Shown here piece after piece: positions 22,989 to 36,570 of a DNA stretch of 64,000 bases. Numbering within the stretch: the stretch's first letter is position 1; every line of letters begins with the position of its first letter. A program made the position numbers and the translations under genes. Source of the stretch: Octopus sinensis. Taxonomy: Eukaryota. The notes beneath the pieces are model-generated. The model did not search any database. It was not told where the DNA came from and worked only from the letters and a program-made list of their open reading frames with translations. Location of the stretch: NCBI RefSeq assembly GCF_006345805.1, contig NC_042997.1, positions 62,868,001 through 62,932,000 on the forward strand, read 5' to 3'.

Positions 22989-25543
22989 ACAGGAGACATG
23001 ATAATACTGTGGTAATATACAAGCAAAAGCCATGGTTTTTAAATCTAGAATAAAACTAGTAATTGTCTGGTTTATTTTTTATTGATCTTATGATAATGAA
23101 AAGCGAAGTAGAGTGCAGCACCATTTAAAATGTGAATGTAAAGAAACATAATTAAATACGATAAACTATTTGATCGTATACTATATTGTTTTAGCCACTC
23201 CATCACACTATATATACATTAATAATATATTATGATACACAAAATACAATACGTAAACATTATTGCTAGCGAACGAAAGAACTTCCAACTATTTTCCATG
23301 ACCTACTAAACATAGCAGCAATATCTTGCTACCTTCATGAAATCGAGAATGGCCCATTGGATAAGATGACTGTGGCCTAAACAACATCACCATCATCATC
23401 GTCGTAGATGACATCTTCCACTTCATCGTCATTGTTGTCGTCATCATCGTTATCATCATCATCAATAAAATATTACAAAAGCAAGTTTACACCAAATTAC
23501 AAACGATGATGTATTCATTGAAGTTGACTCTGCGACAGGTGACAAATCCATCTTTATTGCTTATTTGAAAATAAATTTTATCTACCTTCCAGTTACATCC
23601 CAAAGACATTAAGGATAATTCAAGACAATCAGACGAAGTTGGTGGCGAGACATAAAGAAATAAATGTTTTTATCTATTTTAAGTATTGTGTTTTTTACTG
23701 TAGTGCAGGTATGGGAAAGCTTCGGTCATATTAAAATACAAAACTGCTCGGGGAAGTTCTATGAAAAAATCATCATATTAAAAGGAAAAAGACGAAAAAA
23801 CCATTTAGAATAAATTGCTTTCAAGAACTCCACAAGTACATTTCAAACATTACTATTATATAGGTTAATAAATGCATGAGAATATCTTGATTAATTGTTG
23901 ATTGGTGCGATCACATACATATCTATGACTTTAGAATTAAAGAGTCATTATCCTTGTATACAGCTGTTTCATAAGCTATTTTGTGTTCTTTGCAATTTCC
24001 AATCTTAGTACAAAAACAAACGAAAACGCTCGTAATCTCTACTCCGGAGGAAAACTAGAGCTATATCGTTTCCTTTAATCTTTTCACTACGGAAAGCAAA
24101 TAAATCCTCTCAAAATTTCACCACCCTTAACTGTGAAAAGCAGTTTTATATAACAAACTATCATTTGTTGATGAGTGTCATACTTGGAACTATTTTCTGT
24201 TAAGATTTGTCAGGTTTACTGAGGCAACGTAATACCAGTTCTATTTCTGGTCGATATTTAACATTCTCACTGGATTAAACATGAAATTTAATTTCGTAGT
24301 AATACCGTCACACTTTGAAATTTGCATAAGAACACATCAAGATATTTTGTAGCAGCTGCATTATTTTTCTTAGAAACTGAATATGAATCAAAATCTGTAT
24401 ATTATCTGTTGGGTGATCTGAGCAGAATTTGAACTTAGAACATAATGAAAATAATGTGTAGTAATAATATTTTGGAAAAGTTGTAGGAAATAATATTGTT
24501 TTGGAGAATATTTTCAAGGATTCTGATCTTGAAAGCAGCATATATACGATATATTTGTTTCGCGTCGAGGTTGCTAGTATGCTAGAGGTTAAAGGAGATA
24601 TAACCCTGTCACACCGAGTTCTCGCTATAGTGGGAATAGGTTACCAGTCATCTATGCCTGATTCCCAGTAAAGTGGTAATTAGCAATATACGTAGGAAAA
24701 ATGTAGTCCATTATGTCCATTAGTTTGCCTGCAATCGTTACTCTTGGGCTGTATAAGCAACATCTTATTTCTTTTACCCAGGAGTCAAGTGTGTACGGGG
24801 GTGGGGGTGGGGGTAATGTTAAACACAGGGACCCATGTTTGAGAAGGTTAAAAGTGGTGTACATCACAGCAAGAAAGGTCAATAATGCCAGAAAAAATGT
24901 GAAACTAATAATTGTGACACTCTAATTTACCATACAACACTCACCACTGTCTATTTCAAAACCCATGTATTTTATGGAAAATTGAAAATAAGGAGCCATA
25001 ACTTGGATGGTGTAAGCAAAGAAATTATAAGTGAAATGAAATAGCTTTCAGAGTAGACGGAACAATTGCTGTTCCGTCCGACCACATGGAGATTCAATCT
25101 TCTCAACTACACAATCCTCCACTCACACACTTTTTACAGCAAAACGAAAACTCGTGCTCTCCACAGAATATTGAAAGCATTGCTTTAAAGTTTAATTTTA
25201 ATACACTTACTTTACTTCAGAGAAATTTTGTGGCCTTTCATATCATCGTAAATCTAAATATGAATGGCGTAACGATGTTATGAGTATTACAAAAGAAAGA
25301 AAAAAAAAAGCTATTAAAGATAATATTTAGCGGGACACACGGTAAAAATGATATTATTACTTCATTGCTCTCTTGTTTAGTAATATTTTTACGTAGATTA
25401 TATTCATTCCTTTAATTTATCCCATATCTTTGAACCATTGATGTTTTTTTATTGCATCCAATAATGGGTTTTATATACATTTTTGTTGCTTCACGCACAC
25501 ACATACACACATAAAAACAACGCTCAGACTGACTGATATACAA

Positions 25544-25607
<64 letters not shown>

Positions 25608-25608
25608 A

Positions 25609-25643
<35 letters not shown>

Positions 25644-25849
25644 GTATATACATACACATATTTATGTCTTTTCGTGTTTGTTCAAAGAACAATCTTTTCA
25701 CAAATAGAATAAAGTGCTCAATATTTCAAAAAGATAGTATATCATATTATTTTATTGGGCACTAGTTTACTGAGATAATTCTGTATTGACTGTTGCGGAG
25801 ATGATCGCGTAGGATCGAAACTGAATTAGCTATGTAAACTAGTCGCCAC

Positions 25850-25914
<65 letters not shown>

Positions 25915-25939
25915 ATATGCCTTGTGTGTGTTTATGTGA

Positions 25940-26062
25940 ATGACAAGCTTCTTTTAGTTTTCGTCTACCAAGCCTACTCACAAGGATTTGGTAGTACCAG
26001 GGCTATAGCAAAAGACACGATGCTGGGTAGCGAACTCCTTAGCCATGCAGGTTTACCTGCGA
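25940..26062 (-). mobile_element. SINE family C, deleted copy
   Basis: Minus strand: gcaggtaaacctgcatggctaaggagttcgct...ctatagccctggtactaccaaatccttgtgagtaggcttggtagacgaaaactaaaagaagc, matching 60981-61140. Confidence 0.7.
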
Positions 26063-26090
26063 CTACTACTACTACTACTACTACTACTAA

Positions 26091-26126
<36 letters not shown>

Positions 26127-26268
26127 ACACGTACACACACACACTCACAGGTACGCACATTGGTTTTTGCTTACAAGGTACTCAAGTAAATTTTCTGTTC
26201 TCAGATTGAAGGACTTAATCTCTTCCCTTCCTTTCTCTCTCACTCTTTCTTTCTCTCTCCTTTCTTTC

Positions 26269-26303
<35 letters not shown>

Positions 26304-26880
26304 ATCTCATTATTGACTCGTCTGACCGTTTGTATGACTATATGTAAGTTTGTTTATCTGTGTACGTATATACGTAATAATGTGCATATATACATATAGT
26401 TTTTATTGACATTTAAGTCCTTCAAAGAACCCAAGGTTGTCACGAAGTGATAAAATCTTTTCGCTGAGTGAAAACAGCTCCAGGTATTTGTGAATAAGTG
26501 ATTGAATCAGAGTCAGGTGAGCATACATATAGCTGTATGAGAAGACATACTTGTTTCCCTCTAGTGAGTGTACATATCTCCTCAGTACACGAATATCATT
26601 TATGTGCATGCAAAACAGTTGGAAGTTCCTTCATTCGCTAGCAATAATGTTTACGTATTGTATTTTGTGTATCATAATATATTATTAATGTATATATACT
26701 TGCACGCGATTGGGTGTACATCATCATTCGAAGAAACACAAATATATAAAATCTTGAATGCTTTACAAATTTTCTCTGTGTCACTAATAAAATGGCTTTT
26801 GAGGACGGGGGTCAGTTTGTTTTCTTATCTCTCGAAAAACCTCTCCATTCTGAAGCTTTTATTATTTCATTACTAATCTG

Positions 26881-26966
<86 letters not shown>

Positions 26967-26972
26967 ATATAT

Positions 26973-27009
<37 letters not shown>

Positions 27010-27757
27010 GTTGCCCAGTAAACCTATGACAATAGATACAAATAAAAATCTATAACCCGGATATAAATGTTATTAGTTCTTCATTAATTCATGATAGAAG
27101 TTCTCTCTTGTCATAACTTTGGATGAATCATCACATCCACTTATTTGCTGACACACAGCAGTGCATAATTTGTTCCGAGTCACATTGAAATTTATCAGGT
27201 CTGGTGTATTTGCGTCTGATTGCTGATGAAATTTTTGAAATGCTCCACCAATTTTATTTTTAAAGCTGTAGTTACATTCTAGTTTTGATGTGTTTGGCAT
27301 AAAAATAATGTATTTTCCGATTGTATTGTAAATTGTTTTGACAACAAAATGTCATGTATCATAGGAAGCTGTATATTACGATACCAACACATTCATTTTT
27401 ATTTGTTGTTGTTTCTCCAATATTACTTCGTTGCAGATTATTCTGGGCACTACATCTTGCTACATTAAGGTACATCCTCTGATAGGCGATAATAATAGTG
27501 TTAATGTACTTGGCTTTGGTTTTGTGGTTTTGCATAACCAGCATTTATTGCCGGCAGATGATTTGTCTGTATTTTGCGTTACATCTACTTGGTGGTGATT
27601 CATTCTTCTTCTTCTTCTTCTTCTTCTTCTTCTTCTAGAGAGACAGAGAGAAATGGCGGGTGAAAAACAGAGAGAGAGAGAGAGAGAGAGAAAGGTGGGT
27701 GAGAGAGAGAGAGAGAGAATTTAGTGAAGTTCGGCTCTAGCTTAATATTTGAGAGCT

Positions 27758-27975
27758 AAGACGGCGAGCTGGAAGAATCGCCAGCACGCCAGGCAAAATG
27801 ACTTTTCCCAGCATTTTTTCCATCTTTACATTCTGAATTCAAATTCCGCCGATGTCGACTTTGCCTGTCATCCTTTTTGATAAAATAAGTACCATCTAAA
27901 CACTGGACTCGATGTATTCGATTAGTCCCCGCCCCCGAGTTTGCTGGCCTTGTGCCAAAATTTGAAACCAATATT
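27758..27975 (+). mobile_element. SINE family A
   Basis: aagacggcgagctggaagaatcg...gaattcaaattccgccgatgtcgactttgcc...ggccttgtgccaaaatttgaaaccaata. Confidence 0.9.
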
Positions 27976-28386
27976 TGGCAACTATTTCTATTTTCTTCTG
28001 TTGATGTATTTTATCACTGTATCCGTGCAAGAAATTATTTTCTGTTTTAGAAGACTCTGTTATCTTTACAACTTGTCTTTGGTATGTTCTGGCCATTGAT
28101 GTTTTGGAATGATCAGTTCTCTAGGCGGGTTGCTTTCGCTGCAAAGGCAGTATTAAATTTCGCCTAAGGTTGTCCATTGTCTAAAAGAGAGATTAGTTCG
28201 CAGGCTAAACGCAAGATACGAATCTACAGAAAAAGAAAAAAAGAAATGATACAAGAGAAGGATAGAGTCAGAATTATAAAAATAGATAGATGTATAGAGA
28301 TACAGTCAGGCATATAAAAAGAAGGATATATATAGATAGATAGATTGATTGATAGATATATATATAGAGAGAGAGTGAGATGTATA

Positions 28387-28441
<55 letters not shown>

Positions 28442-28855
28442 GTAAAACATATTTCATGGAGATGAAAGAAACAAATTTGTAAAGTGGAGATTTTTTCATT
28501 CTCGAGATTAGCTCCCCTTCTCATATGCAACTGGTCTTAGTTGACATTTGATAATTGTGACAAATCCTCCCCTAGAAGTGGAGTTCAATTTATTAAATCA
28601 AGAATTTAAGTTGCATAGTATTTGATATGCCTGTGATTGTCTATGCTGCTCATACACAACGTTGGCCACTATGAGATATTTCTCTTGGCTCAAACACACA
28701 CAACCCTCCACAAGTGCAGCTTTGGGAACCTACTGTTTCCCTACTTCTTCCTACCAACTTCTTGTCCAGTTTATCCTTCAACTTAGATTGCAGTTATGTC
28801 TGCATCATGCGTGCGTGTATGCGAATGTGTGTGATAGACAGAAAAATGTGTATGT

Positions 28856-28889
<34 letters not shown>

Positions 28890-29249
28890 AAGCATGTGTC
28901 ATGTATTTTGCATTTACCGACAATGTAACTTTTATCATTTTTGCTATCCCTACCACTGCTTGTCAATTTCAATGTTCTATCAACTTTAACTTCTTATGCT
29001 TCTTCTCTCTGTATCGCTCTTTTATTCTCTCTTACACTTATCTCTCACTGTCTCTATACAATCTAAATCAGGTACGGAAAAAAAAGCTATCAACCAGCCA
29101 ACATTTATATCACGTATTGTATGGAGATGAAAACTTTTATATTTCGGAATATGGGGAATTTTTGAAGAAAAGACTATTTTTTTCATTAGGTTAACACAAA
29201 CATTTTAACCTGGTTCTAGGGTAGCTTGAATTGAGTGAACAGATTCTTT

Positions 29250-30050
29250 CAGTCATTCTGGGCAGTTCTGCCGTTTGAAGACATTATTGAAAGCAAACTC
29301 GGAGGTTCTGTAAAGGCTGTTGGCTTACACCTACTTTTCAAACCATAAAAGACAACATATCTTTTTTTTCTGAAAACATAGTATGTCCAAATTGATATAA
29401 GAAGCCAGTGGAGTGTTAGTAGCTTGTATCTTATATGACTGACACTAATGCTTATGGCCAAGGAACTCTGTTCCCCTCGAGTAGTAGGAACACCTCACTG
29501 ATATCTACGGCAAAGTTAGCGTAGCGTTCACAGGAGATTGGTGAATTTGCAATGCCAAGACTAAATAACTATAGAGTGATGGTCTTCAAGAAACTGATTT
29601 TCTCTTGATTATCATTCATTTAGTACAATCCAAGATCCTTGATTGAAAGTGAAAGGAAAATGTAAAGGAAAACGATCGAATTTGAGAGCAAAAGTGTAAG
29701 GCACAAAAAAAGATAAATATAATCCATTTATTTACTCCTTATTCAATAGTCGTAACAAATTTGGGTGTCACATCGTAAAACGTCGTCCTACCACGGATAG
29801 AACGAAGGTTGTCTTGTAGTCGGTTGGGCATCTTTATTGCGATTCTAATTTGAGAGATGATAAGGAGAGATTGAAGTGCCATTTGACGAGAGTATTCAGC
29901 AGGGTTAGTGTAAGAATACACAGATGGAAGACATACTGCTTTCTCCTAACGTTTGATCTCTGGCCTGCACGTTATAGTTGTATTGAAGTGGCGCTGACCA
30001 GAGCTATAAAACCCTATTCTCAGTAATCAGAAGTTCCATGAGCTACAACA
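29250..30050 (-). mobile_element. Decayed Ty3/Gypsy-like reverse transcriptase fragment
   Basis: Minus-strand broken frames in the expected order: SSW..(G)QR, CLPS (cf. YPLP), YKTTF..GRRF (cf. KTAFxTxxGxF), ISVRCSYYSRGTEFLGH (cf. KCxF....VEFLGH), KIQAT, C..AF..PPSL. No LTRs found. Confidence 0.5.
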
Positions 30051-31121
30051 ATAATGACTAATTCAACTATCAATCAACATGTTTTGTTAACAGATCCTTT
30101 AGTAATAATTACCGTAACACATGGCCGTTTTAGTTTAACCTGCAGATAAGGCACTTAACTGAACTAAAATTTAGTTACTCGTTTTCTCAAAATGGCACCA
30201 TTAAATTTAAGAGCAAGATTAAGTCGTTTCGACAACCGACGGTCTTAGTAACAACTTATCCAGCTTAATTAGATAAAGAGGATATTAATATTGATTTAAG
30301 ATCAGTAATTCCAGCTGTTAAACATTGGAGATAAAACAACATAAAGTGTAAATTGAACTGAACAGTAGAATATTGCTGTTCATATTATCTTTTCATATGG
30401 AAGTAGTCACTGTCCACTTCAAGTGTCCTGCTTGACAATTTTAATTAGGTAATATAATGAAAAGTTCCCCGATGCTCTAAGGAAAATTCTGTTTTCTGAC
30501 CGAAATTTGATAACATTTCCGCGATAGAATATTTGGCAAACAGTTTTGATTCAGTGGAATGTAGTTAATAATTCATATCACGATCGAACGATCTAGGAAT
30601 AACCAATGGCTTCTAAACTACAATAATCATATCATCACTTAATCTAGAATTATTCATCTTCAAAACCAGCAGAGTAATTGATGGTCGATCGACAAAGCAT
30701 TGACTTTTCAGTTAAACGGACTACATCGTGTTCCTGATCAAGATACAAGCTGAAAATACGTCCATGCGGTGGTATATCTTACCAATATGAGCATCACAGC
30801 ATTTTATTATAGGCGAATAGTATTTTAGATTGATGGTGACGTTACTTGCTTCATTTCTTCTAGACGTTTTAGGCATGTCTTCCACAGTTTCTGCTGGTAC
30901 TTTCCTTCCAACGTGTGTTTCTGTTGGAATACACTAAGTCTGTAAATGTTTATTTCGTGGTTATATTTTTATTTCTCAGTCCTAGATATAATTTGCATTA
31001 ATTTTGATGGAAAGATGAAACAGACATCAATCTAAATAAATAATTAAAATTATGAAAGGAAACATAGAGCTTCCAAATTCGCTCATATTAACATCCCAAT
31101 TTTACAATAGTATACACCAAT

Positions 31122-31217
<96 letters not shown>

Positions 31218-31287
31218 CTATGTGTGATATATATATATATATAATATATAAATATAAACGTAATCTTACAATAGTATTCCACCAATC

Positions 31288-31328
<41 letters not shown>

Positions 31329-31336
<8 letters not shown>

Positions 31337-31732
31337 CAGGGTAAAAATTATTAAATAATATAATACTGTATTAGAATTTATACACGGAGGGGAGACCACC
31401 ATGTGGGCTCCTTACATGCTAGAGAAGGCAGTCAAAAGCTACGAAAAAATACATTCTTATTGTACGATTGTACGTTGCTTGTAAGCGAGCAGGACACTTG
31501 AATGAATAAAAATCTCAGTCAACCTTATACCCATGAGTTTCATCATTAGTGGTCAAATAAACCAATAAATTAATTGATTAATTAACCATCCGTAGCTCGT
31601 CAGTAGAGTTGCTGGAAAATGCATAATTATGAAACTACAATACGTACCGAATAATAAAGTAAAAACATGCGCATCTAGTTCCATTTTTATACACCAAGAA
31701 TTGAAATTGAATGCCCTTAACCAACGTGCAGA
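31329..31732. repeat. Paralogous copy of the 33025-33531 MITE region, internal segment inverted
   Basis: 31329-31515 matches 33025-33283 directly. 31553-31732 is the reverse complement of 33288-33476. Confidence 0.85.
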
Positions 31733-31773
31733 ATCATAGTAGTTCAGCAGTGAATGAATTCAACCGTGTATTA

Positions 31774-32994
31774 TTAGGTTGTTCCGAAAATAATGGCCGC
31801 TCTGAGTTTTGTGTTTTGAAACGCAATTTTATCATAGTGTTTTAATCATATTTTCGGTGAATTTCGACAAACTTAATAACTGATGTATGCTCTTTTATAA
31901 TTTTCTACTTATTTCAGACAGAAAACATTCTTGAAGCATAGGTGCCCTTAATTATGAACATGACAAAAAGGACCTTCGCTTACTTTTCTTACATGAGTTC
32001 AAGCTTGGGCACAATGTCTCCTAAACTGCTGCCAATATCAACAAGTGACCGCACAGTATGAAGGTGGTTTCAGAAATTCCATGGTGGTGATGAGAGCCTT
32101 GAAGATGAAGGAGGTAGAGGACGGTCATGCAGTTTTCACAATGAACAACTGAAAGCAATTGTTGAACACAACCCACGTCAAATTGTCAGAGAAATGTCTC
32201 AGGCACATGGTGGTATTGCAAAGGTCTCACGCAATCTGTAGAAGATTGGTAAGGTGAAACAGCTGGATAGATGGGTACCGCATGAGCTCATTGAAAATCA
32301 AAAAGTTCGGCGTTTTGAAGTGTGCTCGATGCTTTCTTCTGTGAAGCACCAATGATCCTTTTCTTGATCGAATAGTCACTTGTGACGAAAAGTGGATCCT
32401 TTATGATAACCGTAAACGGTCAGGTGATGGCTTGATCATGATGAGTCCCCCAAACATATTCCAAAGCCAAAGTAGCATCAGCAAAAAATTATGGTGACTG
32501 TCTGGTGGTTTGTTATTAGTGTTGTCCATTACAGCTTTCTGCAGAGGTTTACTGCAATCAAGTCGCTGAAATGCATGCTCACTAGCAAAAAATGAGATCT
32601 GCATTGGTGAATCGGTGTGGCCCAATTCTGCTCCACGATAATGCAAAGTCACATATTCGAAGAATGACGCTGCTGAAACTCACAGACTTGGGATACAAGA
32701 CTTTACCATATCCTCCATATTCTCCCGGATTTTCACCCATTGACTACCATTTAAAGCATTTAAACACGTTTTGAAGTGATAAAATTTTCAGGTCAAAATG
32801 AAGGGTGGAATCAGCTTTCAAAGATTTCTTAGCATCAAAGCCAATAGGTTTTTTTCAACGAGGCATAAATAATCTCGTTGATCGATGCATAGATGTTCAC
32901 AGATCATACTTTGACAAACCAAAACATCTCTATTCCTAATTTTTCCAGAATAAAATTGTTTCTGAAATCGGCTGTTATTCTCCCAACAACTTAA
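31774..32994 (+). mobile_element. Full-length decayed mariner (DD34D, cecropia/Hsmar1-like)
   Basis: TIRs ttaggttgttccgaaaataatggccg and cggctgttattctcccaacaacttaa with TA on both sides. Pseudo-transposase from ATG 31954: EFKLGH, GDESLEDE, WVPHEL, IVTCDEKWILYDN, LLHDNAKSH, YPPYSPGFSPIDYHL. Several frameshifts and stops. Confidence 0.95.
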
Positions 32995-33109
32995 TATCTG
33001 CCGAAGAATTTAATATTTAACTATATAAATACAGGGTAAAAATTATTAAATAAACAATTTATACCAGTGGTTAGCATGTGTAATAAAAGTCAGAAGACAT
33101 AAATATTTG

Positions 33110-33531
33110 TATAATATAATAGTGTATAAGAATTTATACACGGAGAGGAGACTACCATGTGGAATTCTTACGTGCTAGAGAGGGCAGTCAAAACCCAAAC
33201 CACGAAAAAGCAAAACAAAAATCTTACTTATTGCACGTTGCTTGTAAGCGAGAAGGACGCTTCAATGAATAAACATCTCAGTTAATCTCTGCACGTTGGT
33301 TGAGGGCATTCGATTTGAATTCTTGATGTATAAAGATGGAAATAAATGCTCATATGTTTACTTTATGTATTCGGTACATATTGTAGTTTCGTAATTAAGA
33401 GTTTTCCAGCGACTCTACTGACGAGCCACGGATGGTTAATTAATCAATTAATTAACTAATTAATTGATTTATTTGATCATTAAAGGTGGTCACCTCTCCG
33501 TGTATAAATTCTTATACACTATTATATTATA
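33110..33531. mobile_element. MITE with perfect 39-bp TIRs
   Basis: tataatataatagtgtataagaatttatacacggagagg (33110-33148) and its exact reverse complement (33493-33531). Confidence 0.85.
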
Positions 33532-34444
33532 AATATATATATATAAGACCAATATATGAACCCAGTAGAAAACAGGAGTCGAAAGATTAACTAAAGGATC
33601 TGATTGATACTATTTTGTTGTCAACATTCAAACTTCTACTGAGTGCCATTTTATATCAGTGAGTAAATTATTAAAGGTAACTTGTTTTGAACAGGATCAA
33701 TTAGCTCTCAAGAAAGCTAAACGTTATTATTTATGAAATCAATCCACAACTAATTATTAAAGAGTTCTTTTGACTCGAAACAAAGGCAAGTTTTGAAGAA
33801 AACAGATCATATTCCATTCGGTTTAAAAGACTGGTGCTTATATAAAAAATATAGCTAGATATGAGTCATGTCCATCCCGGCTGGAATTCTTATTCGCAAG
33901 TGGGATTAATGGAACTAGATTTAATAGCTGCATCGTATATATCTATCATTTCTACCATTCTATTACTCTTTTTGTGGTCATGAATGGGGAAAATAATTCC
34001 TTCATCTTACTCTTCCTAGTAAACCACATTGCATATTATGGTTTGAATTAGTGATTCTTAAACTGTGCACCGCCACTGATCAATGGTACATCTCAGACTT
34101 TAAAAATTCTATATTAATGTGTGATTGTGTTGAAGATCGTGTTATTAATTATTTTGTATGGTTAATAAAACAAAGTAGTGCATTAGTAATTTTATGTTTG
34201 AACCTCTCAATGCACAAGGAAATGCAAAAAATATGAGAATCATCGATCTGATTGTTATATATTTGCAGACACAGTAGAGTGTCGTAAAATATTCTATCAA
34301 CTCGAAATTCTATCATGATCAATCCTGTCTTTCATCCTCCCTTGGGTCGGTAACATAAGTATCAGTTGAATAGTGAGGTCAATGTATTCAAATTACGCCG
34401 CCTCTGAAATTACTAACCGTTCACCTAAAGTCTGAAAAATGTTT

Positions 34445-34592
34445 AACGGCATTAATTCCACCGAGTTCGACTGTGCTTTTCCGCCTCTCGGGGTTAATAA
34501 AATAAGTACCAGTTGAGAATTGGGTTCGATGTAATCAACTAGCTCGCACCCACAAATTTCAGGCCTCGCGCCTGTAGTAGAAAGAATTATTA
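34445..34592 (+). mobile_element. SINE family A, 5'-truncated, ending in (att)n
   Basis: aattccaccgagttcgactgtgc...ataagtaccagttgag...ggcctcgcgcctgtagtagaaagaattattatt. Confidence 0.8.
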
Positions 34593-34599
34593 TTATATA

Positions 34600-35150
34600 A
34601 TTGTTCAACATTTGATAATTTGAGGCAAATTTGAGGCATTGCGTGTTCTTTTCTGTTGTTCGGGGTGCACAAATTCCTCCCGGTCTTGTAGGATGAAAGT
34701 TTTTTTCTTTTGAGGTGTGGTGCAGTCTTTTGTTGTATTACTGTTTGTATTGTGTGTTGAGTATGTAATGCGTTGGTTATTTGGTTTGCTGGTGGAAGTT
34801 TATTTTACTTGGTAATTGCTGTATAGAGTGTGCTTGTTGGTTGTTTTGTTTAGATATAGTATTATTGAATTAATAGTGTCTTGCGTAGTATGTGGGCTGT
34901 TCCTAGTGGGGTTATTTTTTGGATAGTGTGTAGTATTTAGGAGCCAGGTGTAGCTTCTACGTTTTTGTCCATATAATTTTGAGGTCTTTGTAATTTGAAA
35001 ATTTCTCCACTTCTTTTTGGGCAATATTTTGATAAGAAGGAAGTACAATGTCTGTCAGTAAGAATGTGTTTTTTTTCCAATCCTTGATTATTATGTTTGG
35101 TCGATTATCTTTTATTTCTTTGTCGGTTTGAACTCTCGTATCCCAGATCA
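34600..35150 (-). mobile_element. R4/Dong-like non-LTR retrotransposon 3' fragment (REL endonuclease), copy A
   Basis: IWDTRVQTDKEIKDNRPNIIIKDWKKNTFLLTDIVLPSYQNIAQKEVEKFSNYKDL (PD-D/ExK type), then LGTAHILRKTLLIQ* and a 3' UTR. Confidence 0.85.
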
Positions 35151-35186
35151 TCATCATTATCATCATTTTCATCATCATTATTATTA

Positions 35187-35231
<45 letters not shown>
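35150..35231. repeat. (TCA)n-(TTA)n microsatellite
   Basis: Direct. It lies at the 3' end of R4 copy B. Confidence 0.9.
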
Positions 35232-35235
<4 letters not shown>

Positions 35236-36150
35236 TAGTTTTATTTTTATAGCGTGCTTTCACTTCACTGCCGAGCGCAGCTATGTGTGCCTTGGGTATG
35301 TGTTGTGATTTGTTGTGGTGCTCTGATGGTCACTGTATTGAAAGTGTTTTGCGTAGGATGTGTGCAGTGCCTAGTAGTGCAATTTTCTGTATGTTATATG
35401 TGTTTGTAAGTCCTGGTGTTCTTGTTATGTATTTGTCTGAATATTTTGTTTTCATGCCTAATGCACCTACTATGATAGGAATTGTTTCTGTTTTCAGATT
35501 CCACATTCTGGTTACCTCTATTTCCAGAGTTTTGTATTTTGCAAGTTTCTCCATGTCTTTTAGAGAACGTTATCATCAGCTGGTATTGATACATCAATTA
35601 GAAAGCATGTTTTTTTCTTCATGATCTCTGGCATCTATATCTGGCCTGTTGGCCTTAATTTCTCTATCTGTGTGTATTGGCATTGCCCAGAGTATGGTTG
35701 CTTTCTCGTTTTCAGTGACTTTTTCTGGTGTGTGCTCATACCATATTTTTTCAGTTGTTATTCGATAATGTTGGCATAGCTTCCAGTGTATGTAGGTCCC
35801 AACTCTGTCGTGTCTGTGAATATATTCCTTCTTAGCCAGGACTGGGCAGCTAGAGATAATATGATTTATTGTTTCTTGTCCATCTCCACATATTCTGCAG
35901 TTACTTGTTATGTTTCTTTTCATTATATGTTTTTGGTAGTTTCTGGTGGGGAGGCTTTGGTCTTGTCCCTCCGTCTCTGCTTTGAGTCCTGAGCTTCTCA
36001 ACCATTGCTGAGACTTTTCTTTGTCTATTTCTTTTGCATTTAGTTTAGTCCAGTATTTGCCATGAAGGGGCTTTTCTTGCCATCATTTTATCATGATTCG
36101 TTGCTGTTCTATTTTTAGTTTTGATTTCATTTGTTTTATAGCTTTTGTTG
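35232..36150 (-). mobile_element. R4/Dong-like non-LTR retrotransposon 3' fragment (CCHC knuckle and REL endonuclease), copy B
   Basis: WQEKPLHGKYW..SQQWLRSSGLKAETEG-QDQSLPTRNY, CRICGDGQETINHIISSC, HRHDRV, TDREIKANRPDI, EKLAKYKTLEIEV..LLGTAHILRKTLSIQ*. Frameshift near 35600; 3' UTR ends in (TAA)n. Confidence 0.95.
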
Positions 36151-36314
36151 TTTCTTCTTCTTCTTCTTCTCCTCCTCCTCCTTCTCCTTCTTCTCCTTCT
36201 TCTTCTTCTTCTTCTTCTTCGTCTCCTTCTTCTTCCTCATATTTGTTAGGTGGTATGATTTCTTGTTTGTACTTTTCAGTTTCCTTAAATACTGAGAACT
36301 TTTTTTGTTTTTAG

Positions 36315-36337
36315 TATTATCATTATCATCATCATCA

Positions 36338-36408
<71 letters not shown>
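36315..36408. repeat. (TCA)n-(TTA)n microsatellite
   Basis: Direct. It lies at the 3' end of copy C. Confidence 0.9.
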
Positions 36409-36409
<1 letters not shown>

Positions 36410-36570
36410 GTTTAGATTTTGCTTTGTATTTGTACAAGTTCACTCAAAGTCTCACCCAGAGACTTCAAGAGACAATAAGTTAGAAGTTCAAGTTAGTGTT
36501 AGGACTAAGGTGCCATATTTTTGGTTTTTGCACAGAGTATAGTTCCAGAGAATGTCTGTGAAAACCTAAG
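36409..36570 (-). mobile_element. Probable 3' UTR-only fragment of a related non-LTR element, copy C
   Basis: Minus strand gtctcttgaagtctctgggtgagactttgagtgaacttgtacaaatacaaagcaaaatctaaacg runs directly into (TAA)n, same orientation as copies A and B. Family assignment recalled, not verified. Confidence 0.55.
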
